From Candidatus Cacconaster equi (GTDB lineage: Bacteria; Bacteroidota; Bacteroidia; Bacteroidales; UBA932), in assembly GCA_018065895.1 (NCBI GenBank), contig JAGHSK010000001.1:5834-69833 (forward strand): 64,000 bases of DNA, read 5' to 3'. Below the pieces are notes generated by a model that had not been told where the DNA came from, did no database searches, and saw only the letters and a list, made by a program, of their open reading frames with translations. The translations under genes and the position numbers were made by a program. Shown piece after piece: positions 45,630 through 55,856 of this stretch (positions are counted from its first letter, which is position 1; the number at the start of each line of letters is the position of its first letter).

Positions 45630-46775
45630 CTACACCGTTTTAGCTCTTGAAAGTCTCTTCTTGATATTTCTGCTGACAACCAGATGGTCGATCAGAGGTG
45701 CAAACGTGTTCATCAGCAGAATCGCAAGCATCATTCCCTCAGGATAGCCAGGGTTGAACAGACGGATGACTACGGCGAGTACACCGATAAGGAATCCGTA
45801 GATCCATTTACCACATTCTGTCTGAGCTGCAGTCACAGGGTCTGTTGCCATGAATACGCTTCCGAAGAGGAATCCGCCCATAAGCAGATGATAGTATGCA
45901 GGAACGTCCGTTGCTCCGCAGACATTTGCAAGCCAACCCACGAACAGTCCGCCTACAACGCTTGAAAGCATGATCTTCCAGCTGCCGACTCCAGTGTAAA
46001 TGAGAATCAGCGCGCCGATGAGAATGCAGAGTTTGGATGTCTCTCCAACTGAACCAGGTATGAAGCCGAAGAACATGTCAGCGACTGAATACTGAATATT
46101 CTCTACTCCACCGCTCATCTGTGCAAGCGGTGTGGCCGCACTTACGCCGTCAACGATGGTCTCGCCCTTGCGGAGAGAGAACCATATTCCGTCACCGGAC
46201 ATCTGGTTAGGATATGAGAAGAACAGAAAAGCGCGTGCAAGGAGAGCCGGGTTCCAGATGTTCATACCGGTTCCGCCGAACACCTCTTTTCCGATGATCA
46301 CTGCGAATGCAACCGCAACTGCAAGCATCCACAGAGGAATGGATACAGGAACGATGAGAGGAATGATCAGACCTGTGAAGAGGAATCCCTCGTTGACCTC
46401 ATGCCCGTTGATCTGTGCGGAACCGAATTCGATTGCAAGACCCACGATGTAGGTTACGAGATAGAGAGGGAGTATCCTGAGGAAGCCGTATCCCACGATA
46501 GGCCAGAAACCCATATTTCCGCCAACAGCCACATTGTGCTGATAGCCTATGTTGTACATTCCGAAGAGCACCGACGGGAGAAGCGCCACCAATGCGACTG
46601 TGATGACTCTCTTGAGGTCAACGCTGTCGTGGACGTGAGCACCTTTCTTCGACACTGTGTTCGGAACAAAGAGGAAGCTTTCGAATGCCTCGAAAGTCGA
46701 GCCGAGCCAGCTCAACTTACCACCTTTGGAGAAGGTTGGCTTGATTTTATCTGTCAGATTTCTTAATCCGTTCAT
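45630..46775 (-). CDS. nqrB: Na+-translocating NADH:quinone oxidoreductase subunit B
   Basis: 381 aa; polytopic; FMN-attachment region DGVSAATPL; conserved FMATDPVT. Confidence 0.95.
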   Translation of the reverse strand: MNGLRNLTDKIKPTFSKGGKLSWLGSTFEAFESFLFVPNTVSKKGAHVHDSVDLKRVITVALVALLPSVLFGMYNIGYQHNVAVGGNMGFWPIVGYGFLRILPLYLVTYIVGLAIEFGSAQINGHEVNEGFLFTGLIIPLIVPVSIPLWMLAVAVAFAVIIGKEVFGGTGMNIWNPALLARAFLFFSYPNQMSGDGIWFSLRKGETIVDGVSAATPLAQMSGGVENIQYSVADMFFGFIPGSVGETSKLCILIGALILIYTGVGSWKIMLSSVVGGLFVGWLANVCGATDVPAYYHLLMGGFLFGSVFMATDPVTAAQTECGKWIYGFLIGVLAVVIRLFNPGYPEGMMLAILLMNTFAPLIDHLVVSRNIKKRLSRAKTV

Positions 46776-46782
46776 ATTGTCT

Positions 46783-46787
46783 CCTCC
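46783..46787 (-). promoter_or_regulatory. Shine-Dalgarno-like GGAGG for nqrB
   Basis: Minus strand reads TAA GGAGG AGACAAT ATG; 7-nt spacer after the nqrA stop. Confidence 0.45.
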
Positions 46788-48149
46788 TTAAGCCATTTCT
46801 TTAATCATAAGGTCAATGCCCTTGCTTACGATAGACTGGATCTCAATCTTTGAAGGATCTACGAACTCGCACAGAGCGACGTCCTCCTCAATGATCTCAT
46901 AGATTCCAAGTTCCTCCATCTTTTCGATGTTGCCGGCAAGAATGGCCTTGAACAGGTAAACAGGATAGATGTCCATCGGAAGGACCTTGCCATAAGTGTC
47001 TGAAACAACGAATGCGCGAGGACCGCCGTTGAGGTTGGTGTCCATATCATATTTCCTGCTCCGAGGGCACAGCCAGCTCCAATATGAGCGTGAGAAGCTG
47101 AATTTATGAAGACGCAGCGGTTTGCACCATCCGAACATCTCATAATAGTTTCCTTCAGGGACAAGGGACACGAGATTGTCATAGAATCCGAGGAATCCGT
47201 CCGGTCCGACGTTCTCACCTGAAAGAACGTCACCGCTGACAACTCGTACGGTACCCTTTGAATCATCGAAATACTCTGCGATATCCTGCATTGACACGCC
47301 GCAAGGAACCTCCACATATGAAGGATTCTTGGCGGCAGGACCTGCCACTGCAATCATACGGTGGGCGTCATACACACCTTTCAGGAAAAGACGTCCGATA
47401 ACTGCGACGAGGAACATATCCACGGTCCACACATATTCACCCTTGTTGATAGGGCTGATATGGTTGATCTGGACACCCACGTTACCAGCCGGATGAGGAC
47501 CATCAAACTGATGGAGAATCACACCCTCAAGTTTGTGGAAATCGCTTCCAGCATAATTCTTCTGGGATATTGAGAGATGAACTCCCCCGGTCGTGAGTTT
47601 GCCGAGCGCTTTGATTCCAGCCTGTATGGCATCGAAATCCATAGCGAGGGCGAAATCCAGGTCTGCTGCCAGAGGGGCGGTAGGCATTGCTGAAATAAAA
47701 ATTGATTTTGGAGCAACGGCAGGGTTGGCTATGATGCCATAAGGACGTTGCTTGATGCAAGGCCAAACACCGCTCTCAAGAAGAAGTTTCACGATTGCAG
47801 CCCTGTCGAGCTTGTCAATGCTTGGAACCTCGTGATGAACAGCTTCGTTCTGACCATCCGACTTGACTGTCACTGCAAGGAGCTTGCGTTTCTCGCCGCG
47901 GACAACCGCATCTACAGTGCCGCTTACAGGAGAAACGAAAACAACTTCAGGATTGGTCTTGTCAGCGAACAGCGGAGTGCCGGCTTTCACTGAATCGCCC
48001 TCCTTCACCAGAAGACGTGGAACCACGCCTCTGAAGTCGGTAGGCTTGACAGCCACGATACCGGGCTTCACTGTCTTGGTCACCTTGCAAAGGGCCTCTC
48101 CCGAAATAGGGATATCCAGTCCTTTTTTCAGTTTGATGTGATCTGACAT
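46788..48149 (-). CDS. nqrA: Na+-translocating NADH:quinone oxidoreductase subunit A
   Basis: Start set at ATG 48149 (MSDHIKLKKGLDIPISGEA, a typical NqrA N-terminus); first gene of the nqrABCDEF order. Confidence 0.95.
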   Translation of the reverse strand: MSDHIKLKKGLDIPISGEALCKVTKTVKPGIVAVKPTDFRGVVPRLLVKEGDSVKAGTPLFADKTNPEVVFVSPVSGTVDAVVRGEKRKLLAVTVKSDGQNEAVHHEVPSIDKLDRAAIVKLLLESGVWPCIKQRPYGIIANPAVAPKSIFISAMPTAPLAADLDFALAMDFDAIQAGIKALGKLTTGGVHLSISQKNYAGSDFHKLEGVILHQFDGPHPAGNVGVQINHISPINKGEYVWTVDMFLVAVIGRLFLKGVYDAHRMIAVAGPAAKNPSYVEVPCGVSMQDIAEYFDDSKGTVRVVSGDVLSGENVGPDGFLGFYDNLVSLVPEGNYYEMFGWCKPLRLHKFSFSRSYWSWLCPRSRKYDMDTNLNGGPRAFVVSDTYGKVLPMDIYPVYLFKAILAGNIEKMEELGIYEIIEEDVALCEFVDPSKIEIQSIVSKGIDLMIKEMA

Positions 48150-48188
48150 TTTTATGAAGTTATAAATAAATATGTTACGAATAATCAG

Positions 48189-48196
48189 CAAAGATA
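48189..48196 (-). promoter_or_regulatory. -7 promoter box for nqr operon
   Basis: Minus-strand TATCTTTG, 39 nt upstream of ATG 48149. Confidence 0.4.
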
Positions 48197-48243
48197 CCCA
48201 TAAAAAGGCGAAAAAAAAAGGCTTTAAAGTGGATTTTTAAGAG

Positions 48244-48251
48244 TAAATTTG
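48244..48251 (+). promoter_or_regulatory. -7 promoter box for helicase gene (very short leader)
   Basis: TAAATTTG, 8 nt before ATG 48260. Confidence 0.4.
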
Positions 48252-48259
48252 CAGACGAT

Positions 48260-50626
48260 ATGGAGAGAAGCGAAACAGATTTGTTCGAAGGATTGAACAG
48301 TGCCCAGAAAGAGGCCGTAATGAATACGGAGGGGCCTTCCCTGATTGTTGCAGGAGCAGGATCAGGGAAGACGAGAGTGCTCACCTGCAGGGTTGCGCAC
48401 ATCCTCGAAAGCGGGTGCAGGCCAAGCGAAGTGCTTGCCCTGACTTTCACCAACAAAGCGGCCCGGGAGATGAAGGAGAGAATAGCCACGCTCGTCGGAG
48501 AGCGCAAGGCCAGGTGGATCTTTATGGGGACCTTCCACTCGATCTTCATCAGATTTCTCAGGGAGTACGCCGAAAGGATCGGATATCCGCAGCACTTCAC
48601 GATATACGACCAGACAGAATCGCGGAGCATCGTGAAGCAATGTATCAAGGAGCTGAATCTTGACGACAAGACATACAAAGCCAACCAGATTCAAAGCCGG
48701 ATCTCTCTTGCAAAGAACAATCTGATAACGGTGACAGGATATCGCAACAGCCTGGAGCTGACCGAAAGCGACAGGGTGTCCCGCCACCCGCGCACAGTGG
48801 ATATCTACGAACTGTACCAGAAGAAATGCCTCGCCGCAGGAGCGATGGACTTTGATGACATACTGCTCAACATGAACATACTCCTGCGTGACTGTCCCGA
48901 CGCAAGGGATGAGATAGCCGGCAGATTCCGCTACATCATGGTTGACGAGTACCAGGACACTAACCACGCCCAATACATCATCCTCAAGAAACTTGCCGCA
49001 GACCACCGCAATATCTGCGTCGTGGGCGACGATTCCCAGAGTATCTACGGTTTCCGTGGCGCGCGGATCGAGAACATACTGCGTTTTCAGAAGGACTATC
49101 CGGAAGCGAAAACTTTCCGTCTTGAACAGAACTACCGCTCAACTCAAACCATAGTGAATGCCGCCAACAGCCTTATAGCCAAGAATGAACACAGGCTGCA
49201 GAAGGAATGTTACTCGAGAGCGGAAGTCGGAGAGAAGATCAAAGTGATAAAAGCCTTCACCGAAACGGAAGAGGCATATCTGATTGCATCCTCCATCGTT
49301 GACAGGATATTCTCCGACAAGGTGTCGTACGACAACTTCGCAATCCTGTACCGCACCAACGCGCAGTCACGAGCTCTTGAGGAGAGCCTCAGAAAGAAGA
49401 ACCTCCCATACAGGATATACGGCAGTCATTCTTTCTATGAGCGGGCTGAAATCAAGGATATGCTCTCCTACTTCAAACTTGTGGTGAATTCCCTGGATGA
49501 TGAAGCATTCGGAAGAGTCATCAACGTGCCGTCCCGCGGAATTGGAGATACCTCCATGGAGAGGCTTGCCGCCGCAGCTGCGGTGGCAGGATGCTCACTT
49601 TATGAAGCAACATTCCTTCCATCAGAGAAACTTCGCGAGGCAGGGTTGAAAGATGCGGCCATTGCCAAATTCAGAGCATTCTCGGCAATAATTGAGCAAC
49701 TGGCGCAAAAGGCAGCGGTTTCCGACTGCTATGAGCTTGCCGTGGAAACAGGTAACGCTTCAGGATATCTCCAGGCACTCCATTCCGACAACTCGCCGGA
49801 GGGTGTTGCACGCTTTGAAAATGTGGAGGAGCTGTTCAACTCCATCAAGGAGTTCAGCGAGGAAGAGAGTGAGCTGCGCCGGACTCTTGAAGAGGATGGA
49901 CAGGGCAAGGTTGACACTATTGTCACTCTCGGCGATTATCTGGAAAACATATACCTCCTGAGCGAAGCCGAAAAGGATGATGAGCAGGATCCTGACATCG
50001 ACAATTCCAACAAGATAACGCTGATGACGGTCCATGCCTCCAAAGGACTTGAATTCCCATACGTATACATTGCCGGAATGGAGGAGAACCTTTTTCCTTC
50101 TGAAAGCATGAACGACTCTTTGGAAAAAATTGAAGAGGAGCGCCGTCTTTTTTATGTCGCAATCACCAGAGCGCAGAAAGGGGTTGCGGTATCATTCGCC
50201 CAGAACCGGCGGAAATGGGGCAGCGACGAAAGCAACCGCCCGTCGCGATTCCTCAAGGAGATCGACCAGAAGTTCCTCTCCTCTCCTGTTTCGAGTGATG
50301 AGAACCATTATGACGATATGCCTCGGACTCCATTCAAGAAGAGTGATTTCCACACGCCACAGCGCAGCGGCTTTTCGCAGATTCCAGGTCCGGTACAGCG
50401 GGTCCCATCGGCACAGCACGTCACTTCGCCGGGCTTCAAACCATCTGCCATTTCCGACCTTCGTGTAGGACAGAGGGTTGAGCATGACCGTTTCGGTTTC
50501 GGCGAGATTCTGAGCTTTGACGGAGAGGGAGCAAATATGAAGGCCGTGGTAAGGTTTGACAATTCAGGAGAGAAGACGCTTCTCCTGAAATTTGCCAAAC
50601 TTTCCATCGTGGCACGGGGTTTGTAA
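48260..50626 (+). CDS. ATP-dependent DNA helicase, UvrD/PcrA/Rep family
   Basis: Walker A AGAGSGKT, motif II VDEYQDTN, motif VI-type VAITRA, C-terminal Tudor-like tail. Confidence 0.9.
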   Translation: MERSETDLFEGLNSAQKEAVMNTEGPSLIVAGAGSGKTRVLTCRVAHILESGCRPSEVLALTFTNKAAREMKERIATLVGERKARWIFMGTFHSIFIRFLREYAERIGYPQHFTIYDQTESRSIVKQCIKELNLDDKTYKANQIQSRISLAKNNLITVTGYRNSLELTESDRVSRHPRTVDIYELYQKKCLAAGAMDFDDILLNMNILLRDCPDARDEIAGRFRYIMVDEYQDTNHAQYIILKKLAADHRNICVVGDDSQSIYGFRGARIENILRFQKDYPEAKTFRLEQNYRSTQTIVNAANSLIAKNEHRLQKECYSRAEVGEKIKVIKAFTETEEAYLIASSIVDRIFSDKVSYDNFAILYRTNAQSRALEESLRKKNLPYRIYGSHSFYERAEIKDMLSYFKLVVNSLDDEAFGRVINVPSRGIGDTSMERLAAAAAVAGCSLYEATFLPSEKLREAGLKDAAIAKFRAFSAIIEQLAQKAAVSDCYELAVETGNASGYLQALHSDNSPEGVARFENVEELFNSIKEFSEEESELRRTLEEDGQGKVDTIVTLGDYLENIYLLSEAEKDDEQDPDIDNSNKITLMTVHASKGLEFPYVYIAGMEENLFPSESMNDSLEKIEEERRLFYVAITRAQKGVAVSFAQNRRKWGSDESNRPSRFLKEIDQKFLSSPVSSDENHYDDMPRTPFKKSDFHTPQRSGFSQIPGPVQRVPSAQHVTSPGFKPSAISDLRVGQRVEHDRFGFGEILSFDGEGANMKAVVRFDNSGEKTLLLKFAKLSIVARGL

Positions 50627-50729
50627 CATACTTAAACGAAGTTTTTCATAGTTTAAGTTTAAGTTTAGGTTAAGTAGCAGGGATCGGAGGCATAAGCCAC
50701 CAGTCCCTGCGAAACTTTTTAATCAGACG

Positions 50730-51605
50730 CTACAACAGCACGTCAAGATATACCGCAACGGCAAAAATAAGCGAAGCAATGCCATTTGAAGTAAAGAAAG
50801 CGGCATCCAGTCTTCTCAGGTCGGTCGGAGAAACAATCAGGTGCTGATAGGCAAGCATAGCCAGGAAAAGGCCGGCCCCTATCCAGGCGACCGTACCGAG
50901 CCCCGCAGTCGAAACAAACATCGGAACCAGCACGAAATCGAACAGGTGTACTGCAATTGAGATAATCATCGCATTCCTGCGCCCGAATCTTTGCGGTATG
51001 GAATGGAGTCCCTGTGCACGGTCAATCTCTTCATCGGGGAGAGCATAAATGATATCGAAACCACTCGACCAGAAGAAAACAACAGCGGAAAGAAGGCATA
51101 CGGCCGGAGAGAGATGCCCTGTAACGGCAATGTACGCACCGGCAGGCGCGATGCAGAGAGATGCTCCCACACCGAAATGGCAGAGCCATGTAAAACGCTT
51201 CAGATAGCTGTATCCACACAGGAAGAGCAGCGCAACGAAAGAGAGGTAAAAGCACAACTTGTTGATGGTAAGCGCCGTAATCACGAATACCAGGCCATTG
51301 ACAATGCAGAAAACGGCGGCCTCGCGTTCCGTCACTCTTCCGGCAGGGATATCCCTGAGCGCGGTACGCGGATTGAGCGCATCTATCTTTCTGTCTGCGT
51401 AGCGGTTGAAGCCGAGAGAAGTGTTGCGCGCAGCCACCATGCATACAAGAATCTGCAAAAGAAGGATCCACGAAAAGGATACTCCCGGCTCATTCAAAGC
51501 CAGGAGAAAGGCTGTCAAAGCGAACGGCATGGCGAAGATTGTATGGGCAAACTTCACCAGAGAGCCATACTTTTTAACGGAGAGAAGCGCCGAACTTGTT
51601 TTCAA
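50730..51605 (-). CDS. UbiA-family aromatic prenyltransferase (4-hydroxybenzoate polyprenyltransferase-like)
   Basis: About 8-9 TM segments and two Asp-rich regions (NRYADRKIDALN; YALPDEEIDR). The start overlaps the pheT 3' end by 32 nt. Confidence 0.75.
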   Translation of the reverse strand: MKTSSALLSVKKYGSLVKFAHTIFAMPFALTAFLLALNEPGVSFSWILLLQILVCMVAARNTSLGFNRYADRKIDALNPRTALRDIPAGRVTEREAAVFCIVNGLVFVITALTINKLCFYLSFVALLFLCGYSYLKRFTWLCHFGVGASLCIAPAGAYIAVTGHLSPAVCLLSAVVFFWSSGFDIIYALPDEEIDRAQGLHSIPQRFGRRNAMIISIAVHLFDFVLVPMFVSTAGLGTVAWIGAGLFLAMLAYQHLIVSPTDLRRLDAAFFTSNGIASLIFAVAVYLDVLL

Positions 51606-54033
51606 AGGTCTTGAGCAATTTGTTCATAGCCTGTTCCACAGCAGCATCCGTAAGTGTCTTTTCCATATCCTGAAGGACAAAGCTGACAGCATACTGCTTC
51701 TTGCCCTCGCCAATCTTGCTTCCGCGGAATACGTCAAACAGAGTAACCTGCTTTAAAAGACCCTTTTCAGCCTGGAGCGCAGCCTTTCTGATATCTGAGA
51801 AGCTGACGTTTTCATCGAGAAGAAGGGCAAGGTCACGACGAACCTCCGGATATTTAGGCAACTCCTTGTATTTGACTTTGTCCCGTTTAACAAGTTCGAA
51901 GAAGACAGGCCAGTTCACCTCTGCCACATACACTTTCTGCTTTATGTCAAAAGCTTTGAGAAGCTGATTCGAAACAGTTCCGGCAACGGCCAGGCGCTTG
52001 CCCTGAAGCTTGTATTCAAGTCCCTCGGCAAAGAGATCCGAAGGTGCCGAGTCCATCTCCATATCGTAAATATCAGCCCCGAAACGATGCAGCAACAGTT
52101 CAAGATAGCCTTTGAGCTGGAAATAGTTCCCGCAACCCAATTCATTGCGCCAGGCCTTGCTGCCCGGTCCGGTCACAGCCAGACACAAACGCATTTCCTC
52201 GCGGTAGCTCTTCAACTGAGCCTCCGGATTCTCTGTCCCCTCCTTAGGCTGACAGCTGTAGCAGTTGCCGATTTCAAACACCTTCAAATCGTTGATCTGA
52301 TGATTTATATTGCGCGAAACAACCTCAAGTGCATTGAGAATCAATGTCTGGCGCATAACGTTCAGATCGGAGCTCAAAGGATTGACTATTCTTACGCAGT
52401 TCTGCTCAGGGTAAGATTTGAGCTTGCTGTAATAGTCGCTCTTCGTCAGAGAGTTGTTCATAATCTCAACGAATCCCCTGTTGGCAAAGAAGTCGGAAAC
52501 GGTTTTGCGGACTGACTCAGGATCAGGATGCAGTGAAGGGTTGATTGAAACCCTCATGTTGGCCGGCAGTTCCACGTTGTTGTAGCCATATATGCGGAGT
52601 ACTTCCTCGACAACATCGCACTCACGCGTTACGTCCACCCTGTATGAAGGAACAATGACAGTGCATCCTCCGGCAGTTTCATTTTCAATTCCGAATTCAA
52701 GACTTCTGAGGATGTTCTTTATGGTCTCTTCCCCGATGTTCTTTCCTATAAGGGCCTCCATACGTGCGAAATCCAGCTCCACGCGAGCCTCTTCGAACTT
52801 ATGGGGATATGATTCCTGCATTTCACCTACAACCTCTCCGCCGGCAAGTTCCTGAACAAGAAGAGCAGCACGCCTGGCAGCGAGTTCCGTTGCCATCGGG
52901 TCTATTCCGCGCTCATAGCGGAAAGAAGCATCTGTCTTGATGCCATGGCGCTTCGAAGTCTTGCGGACAGTAACAGGATTGAAATAGGCGGCTTCAATGA
53001 AGATTTCAGTGGTGTCATCGCTCACGCCGCTGTCTTCACCGCCGAAAACTCCGGCGATGCACATAGGCTCCTGAGTGTTGCAGATTACAAGATCGTTGGA
53101 ACTGAGAGTGCGCTCAACACCATCCAGTGTCTTGAATTTGCATCCTTCTTCACTTCTGCGTACAACCACCTTGCGGCCTTTTATTTTAGCCGCATCGAAA
53201 GCATGCAGAGGATGTCCCATTTCGTTCAGTACGAAATTGGTGATATCCACTATATTGTTGATCGGACGCTGACCGATGGCCTGGAGCCGTTCCTTCATCC
53301 AGTCAGGTGAAGGGCCCACCTTGACGTTCTTCATCGTAATGCCGATATATCGAGGCGCGAGCTCCGGATCCTTCACCTCAACAGGAATAGCCTCCCCCTT
53401 GCCCTCCTTGAAGGCGGATACGTCCGGAAGAGTCCATTCGCAAGGAATGTTGTTGGTCCTGCAGTAAGCGTAGAGGTCACGGGCCACTCCTATATGGCTG
53501 GCACCGTCCACACGGTTCGGCGTCAGACCTATTTCAAAGATAGTATCAGTTTTAAGATGCAGATAATCCTTTGCAGGAGTTCCAGGGACGGCCGAAGGGT
53601 CAAGAACCATAATTCCGGAATGATCGTTCCCGATTCCGAGTTCATCTTCAGCACATATCATTCCGAGACTTTCAACTCCACGGATTTTCGAACGTTTGAT
53701 TTTGAACTTGGAGCCATCGTCAGTAGGAAGGTCCGTTCCCACTGTGGCCAGAAGCACCTTCTGACCGGCAGCGACATTAGGCGCCCCGCATACCACCTGA
53801 AGCAGTTCCGCCTGTCCCATATTCAACTTCGTTATATGGAGATGGTCGGAGTCAGGGTGTTCCACACATTCCACAACTTCCGCAACAACCACACCTGCAA
53901 GTCCACCGGGAATTTGTTCCGTGGTTTCAACGTGTTCGACTTCAAGACCTGTGGAAGTGAGGATCTTCTCGACCTCTTCCGGAGTCAGGTCAAATTTCAA
54001 ATAATCCTTCAGCCAATTGAATGATACTACCAT
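51574..54033 (-). CDS. pheT: Phenylalanine--tRNA ligase beta subunit
   Basis: 819 aa; MVVSFNWLKDYL N-terminus; tRNA-binding, B3/4, B5 and FDX-ACB domain order. Confidence 0.95.
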   Translation of the reverse strand: MVVSFNWLKDYLKFDLTPEEVEKILTSTGLEVEHVETTEQIPGGLAGVVVAEVVECVEHPDSDHLHITKLNMGQAELLQVVCGAPNVAAGQKVLLATVGTDLPTDDGSKFKIKRSKIRGVESLGMICAEDELGIGNDHSGIMVLDPSAVPGTPAKDYLHLKTDTIFEIGLTPNRVDGASHIGVARDLYAYCRTNNIPCEWTLPDVSAFKEGKGEAIPVEVKDPELAPRYIGITMKNVKVGPSPDWMKERLQAIGQRPINNIVDITNFVLNEMGHPLHAFDAAKIKGRKVVVRRSEEGCKFKTLDGVERTLSSNDLVICNTQEPMCIAGVFGGEDSGVSDDTTEIFIEAAYFNPVTVRKTSKRHGIKTDASFRYERGIDPMATELAARRAALLVQELAGGEVVGEMQESYPHKFEEARVELDFARMEALIGKNIGEETIKNILRSLEFGIENETAGGCTVIVPSYRVDVTRECDVVEEVLRIYGYNNVELPANMRVSINPSLHPDPESVRKTVSDFFANRGFVEIMNNSLTKSDYYSKLKSYPEQNCVRIVNPLSSDLNVMRQTLILNALEVVSRNINHQINDLKVFEIGNCYSCQPKEGTENPEAQLKSYREEMRLCLAVTGPGSKAWRNELGCGNYFQLKGYLELLLHRFGADIYDMEMDSAPSDLFAEGLEYKLQGKRLAVAGTVSNQLLKAFDIKQKVYVAEVNWPVFFELVKRDKVKYKELPKYPEVRRDLALLLDENVSFSDIRKAALQAEKGLLKQVTLFDVFRGSKIGEGKKQYAVSFVLQDMEKTLTDAAVEQAMNKLLKTFENKFGASLR

Positions 54034-54039
54034 TGTATG

Positions 54040-54993
54040 CTATTTAAATAATGATTCAACAAATTCGTGACAATCGAAGATTTTCAGGTCGTCTATTTTC
54101 TCGCCGACTCCGATGAACTTGATCGGAATCTTGAACTGGTCGCTTATGCCTATCACCACTCCACCTTTTGCCGAGCCGTCAAGTTTCGTTACGGCAAGAG
54201 CGGTCACGTCAGTAGCCCTGGTGAACTCGCGCGCCTGAACGAAAGCATTCTGGCCGGTTGACCCGTCAATGACAAGGAGCACCTCATGGGGAGCATCCGG
54301 GACTACCTTCGCCATCACGTTCTTGATCTTTGTAAGCTCGTTCATCAGATTGATCTTGTTGTGAAGTCTGCCTGCGGTATCAATGATAACCACATCCGCC
54401 TCTTTCGCGACAGCGCTCTTGAGTGTATCGTATGCTACAGATGCCGGATCACTGCCCATCTCCTGTCTGACGATGTCCACACCTGAGCGTTCCGCCCACA
54501 CTTCAAGCTGTTCAACAGCTGCAGCACGGAACGTGTCGGCCGCCCCGAGAATCACCTTCTTGCCCTGAGCGTGCAGTTGTGAGGCGATTTTGCCTATTGT
54601 GGTAGTCTTGCCGACACCATTGACCCCAACCACCATTATCACGTACGGTTTCTTCGAAAAATCGTATGGCGCGTGGTTTCTGCCGTCTGCCGCCTTGTCC
54701 AGCAGCTGTTCTATTTCCTCATAGAGGTACGTGTTGATTTCATCAGGATTGAGATATTTGTCCCTGGCCACACGAGCCTCAAGTTTCTCTATGATATTCT
54801 GGGTGGTCTCGATTCCTATGTCGGATGCGATCAACGCCTCCTCTATTGAGTCAAGCACATCTTCATCCACAACGCTCTTACCGGCCACGGCATAAGAAAG
54901 CTTCTCGAATATGGAGCGCTTTGTCTTCTGCAATCCGGCTTCGAGGTCTCCCTGTGGGGAATCATTTTTTTTCAACCAGTTGAACAAGCCCAT
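54040..54993 (-). CDS. ftsY: Signal recognition particle receptor FtsY
   Basis: GTPase motifs GVNGVGKTTTIGK, DTAGR, TKLD. Confidence 0.95.
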   Translation of the reverse strand: MGLFNWLKKNDSPQGDLEAGLQKTKRSIFEKLSYAVAGKSVVDEDVLDSIEEALIASDIGIETTQNIIEKLEARVARDKYLNPDEINTYLYEEIEQLLDKAADGRNHAPYDFSKKPYVIMVVGVNGVGKTTTIGKIASQLHAQGKKVILGAADTFRAAAVEQLEVWAERSGVDIVRQEMGSDPASVAYDTLKSAVAKEADVVIIDTAGRLHNKINLMNELTKIKNVMAKVVPDAPHEVLLVIDGSTGQNAFVQAREFTRATDVTALAVTKLDGSAKGGVVIGISDQFKIPIKFIGVGEKIDDLKIFDCHEFVESLFK

Positions 54994-54995
54994 CT

Positions 54996-55703
54996 CTACA
55001 GCGGTTTATAAAGTTCCCTGATACATCCATCTGCAAGCGCCTCAAGGGATGATATTCCCATCTCCTCCGGCAGCCCCGTTGCCTGATATGCTACCGGGAG
55101 TTCCGTGCAGGCCCCTACTACCGGAAGCTTCTCGATTTCCCATAGCTTTTCAATCGCCGCACGATATCTCTCCCCCGATTCCCTGATTTTTCCCGCTTTC
55201 ACCATATCGGTGATTGCATGGATCTCCTTCTGCATCGCCTCGTCTGGGACAAGGAAGCGGTATCCGCTGTCAGCCGCATGGCGCTGGTATATCCCCGTGT
55301 TCATTGTTCCGAGGGTCGCCGTCAACCAGGCTCCTTTCGGACTGCGCTGCTGGCAGGTGCGGATGGTCTCGTCAATGATATGGATTACAGGTACCGATAT
55401 CTTTCCTTCCGCGAGGAATCTGTCCACAAAGTTGTGTGCAGTGTTGCAGGTAACCGCAAGCCTGTCCGCTCCCCATTTGACAAGGGTCTGGAGACCTTCA
55501 AGCAGATATGGTGACGGATCGGGCCCTTTTCCGAGAAGAAATGTAGTGCGGTCAGGGGTGATCGGATTGGAATAGACAATCATTCGCGGATGCTCCTGAT
55601 CTTTTTCTGCAGGCGCCTTTATGGCCAGCAGTCTTTGAAATTCTGCGGTTGCCGCTGGTCCCATTCCTCCCAGCACGCCCAATGTCAGTCCGTTATTTTT
55701 CAT
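54996..55703 (-). CDS. Aspartate/glutamate racemase-family protein
   Basis: GVLGGMGPAAT N-terminus plus two catalytic-Cys regions (AVTCNTAHNF and VGACTELP). Confidence 0.8.
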   Translation of the reverse strand: MKNNGLTLGVLGGMGPAATAEFQRLLAIKAPAEKDQEHPRMIVYSNPITPDRTTFLLGKGPDPSPYLLEGLQTLVKWGADRLAVTCNTAHNFVDRFLAEGKISVPVIHIIDETIRTCQQRSPKGAWLTATLGTMNTGIYQRHAADSGYRFLVPDEAMQKEIHAITDMVKAGKIRESGERYRAAIEKLWEIEKLPVVGACTELPVAYQATGLPEEMGISSLEALADGCIRELYKPL

Positions 55704-55743
55704 GATATATCAGTATCTCTTGACAGTAAACCATCACATCCTG

Positions 55744-55751
55744 CAAAGGTA
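55744..55751 (-). promoter_or_regulatory. -7 promoter box for racemase-ftsY-pheT unit
   Basis: Minus-strand TACCTTTG, 40 nt upstream of ATG 55703. Confidence 0.4.
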
Positions 55752-55830
55752 ATAAAAAAATGCCACCAATCCTCCCTCAAAATACCCAATTGCACAGGCA
55801 AATAAATGCAGGGAATTCTGGATTTTTCAC

Positions 55831-55838
55831 TACATTTG
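55831..55838 (+). promoter_or_regulatory. -7 promoter box for Dpm1-like GT2 / DMT pair
   Basis: TACATTTG, 18 nt before ATG 55857. Confidence 0.4.
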
Positions 55839-55856
55839 TCAGATAATAGAAGAGGC

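Noticed and set aside
50651-50710. A short tandem array (gtttaa gtttaa gtttag gttaag) and a GCAGGGA...TCCCTGC inverted repeat between the convergent helicase and UbiA-family genes.
   Set aside because: It has only about 4 imperfect 6-nt units. The hairpin has a 20-nt loop and a weak T-run. This is most simply a poor bidirectional terminator region and is too short for a CRISPR, REP array or structured RNA call.
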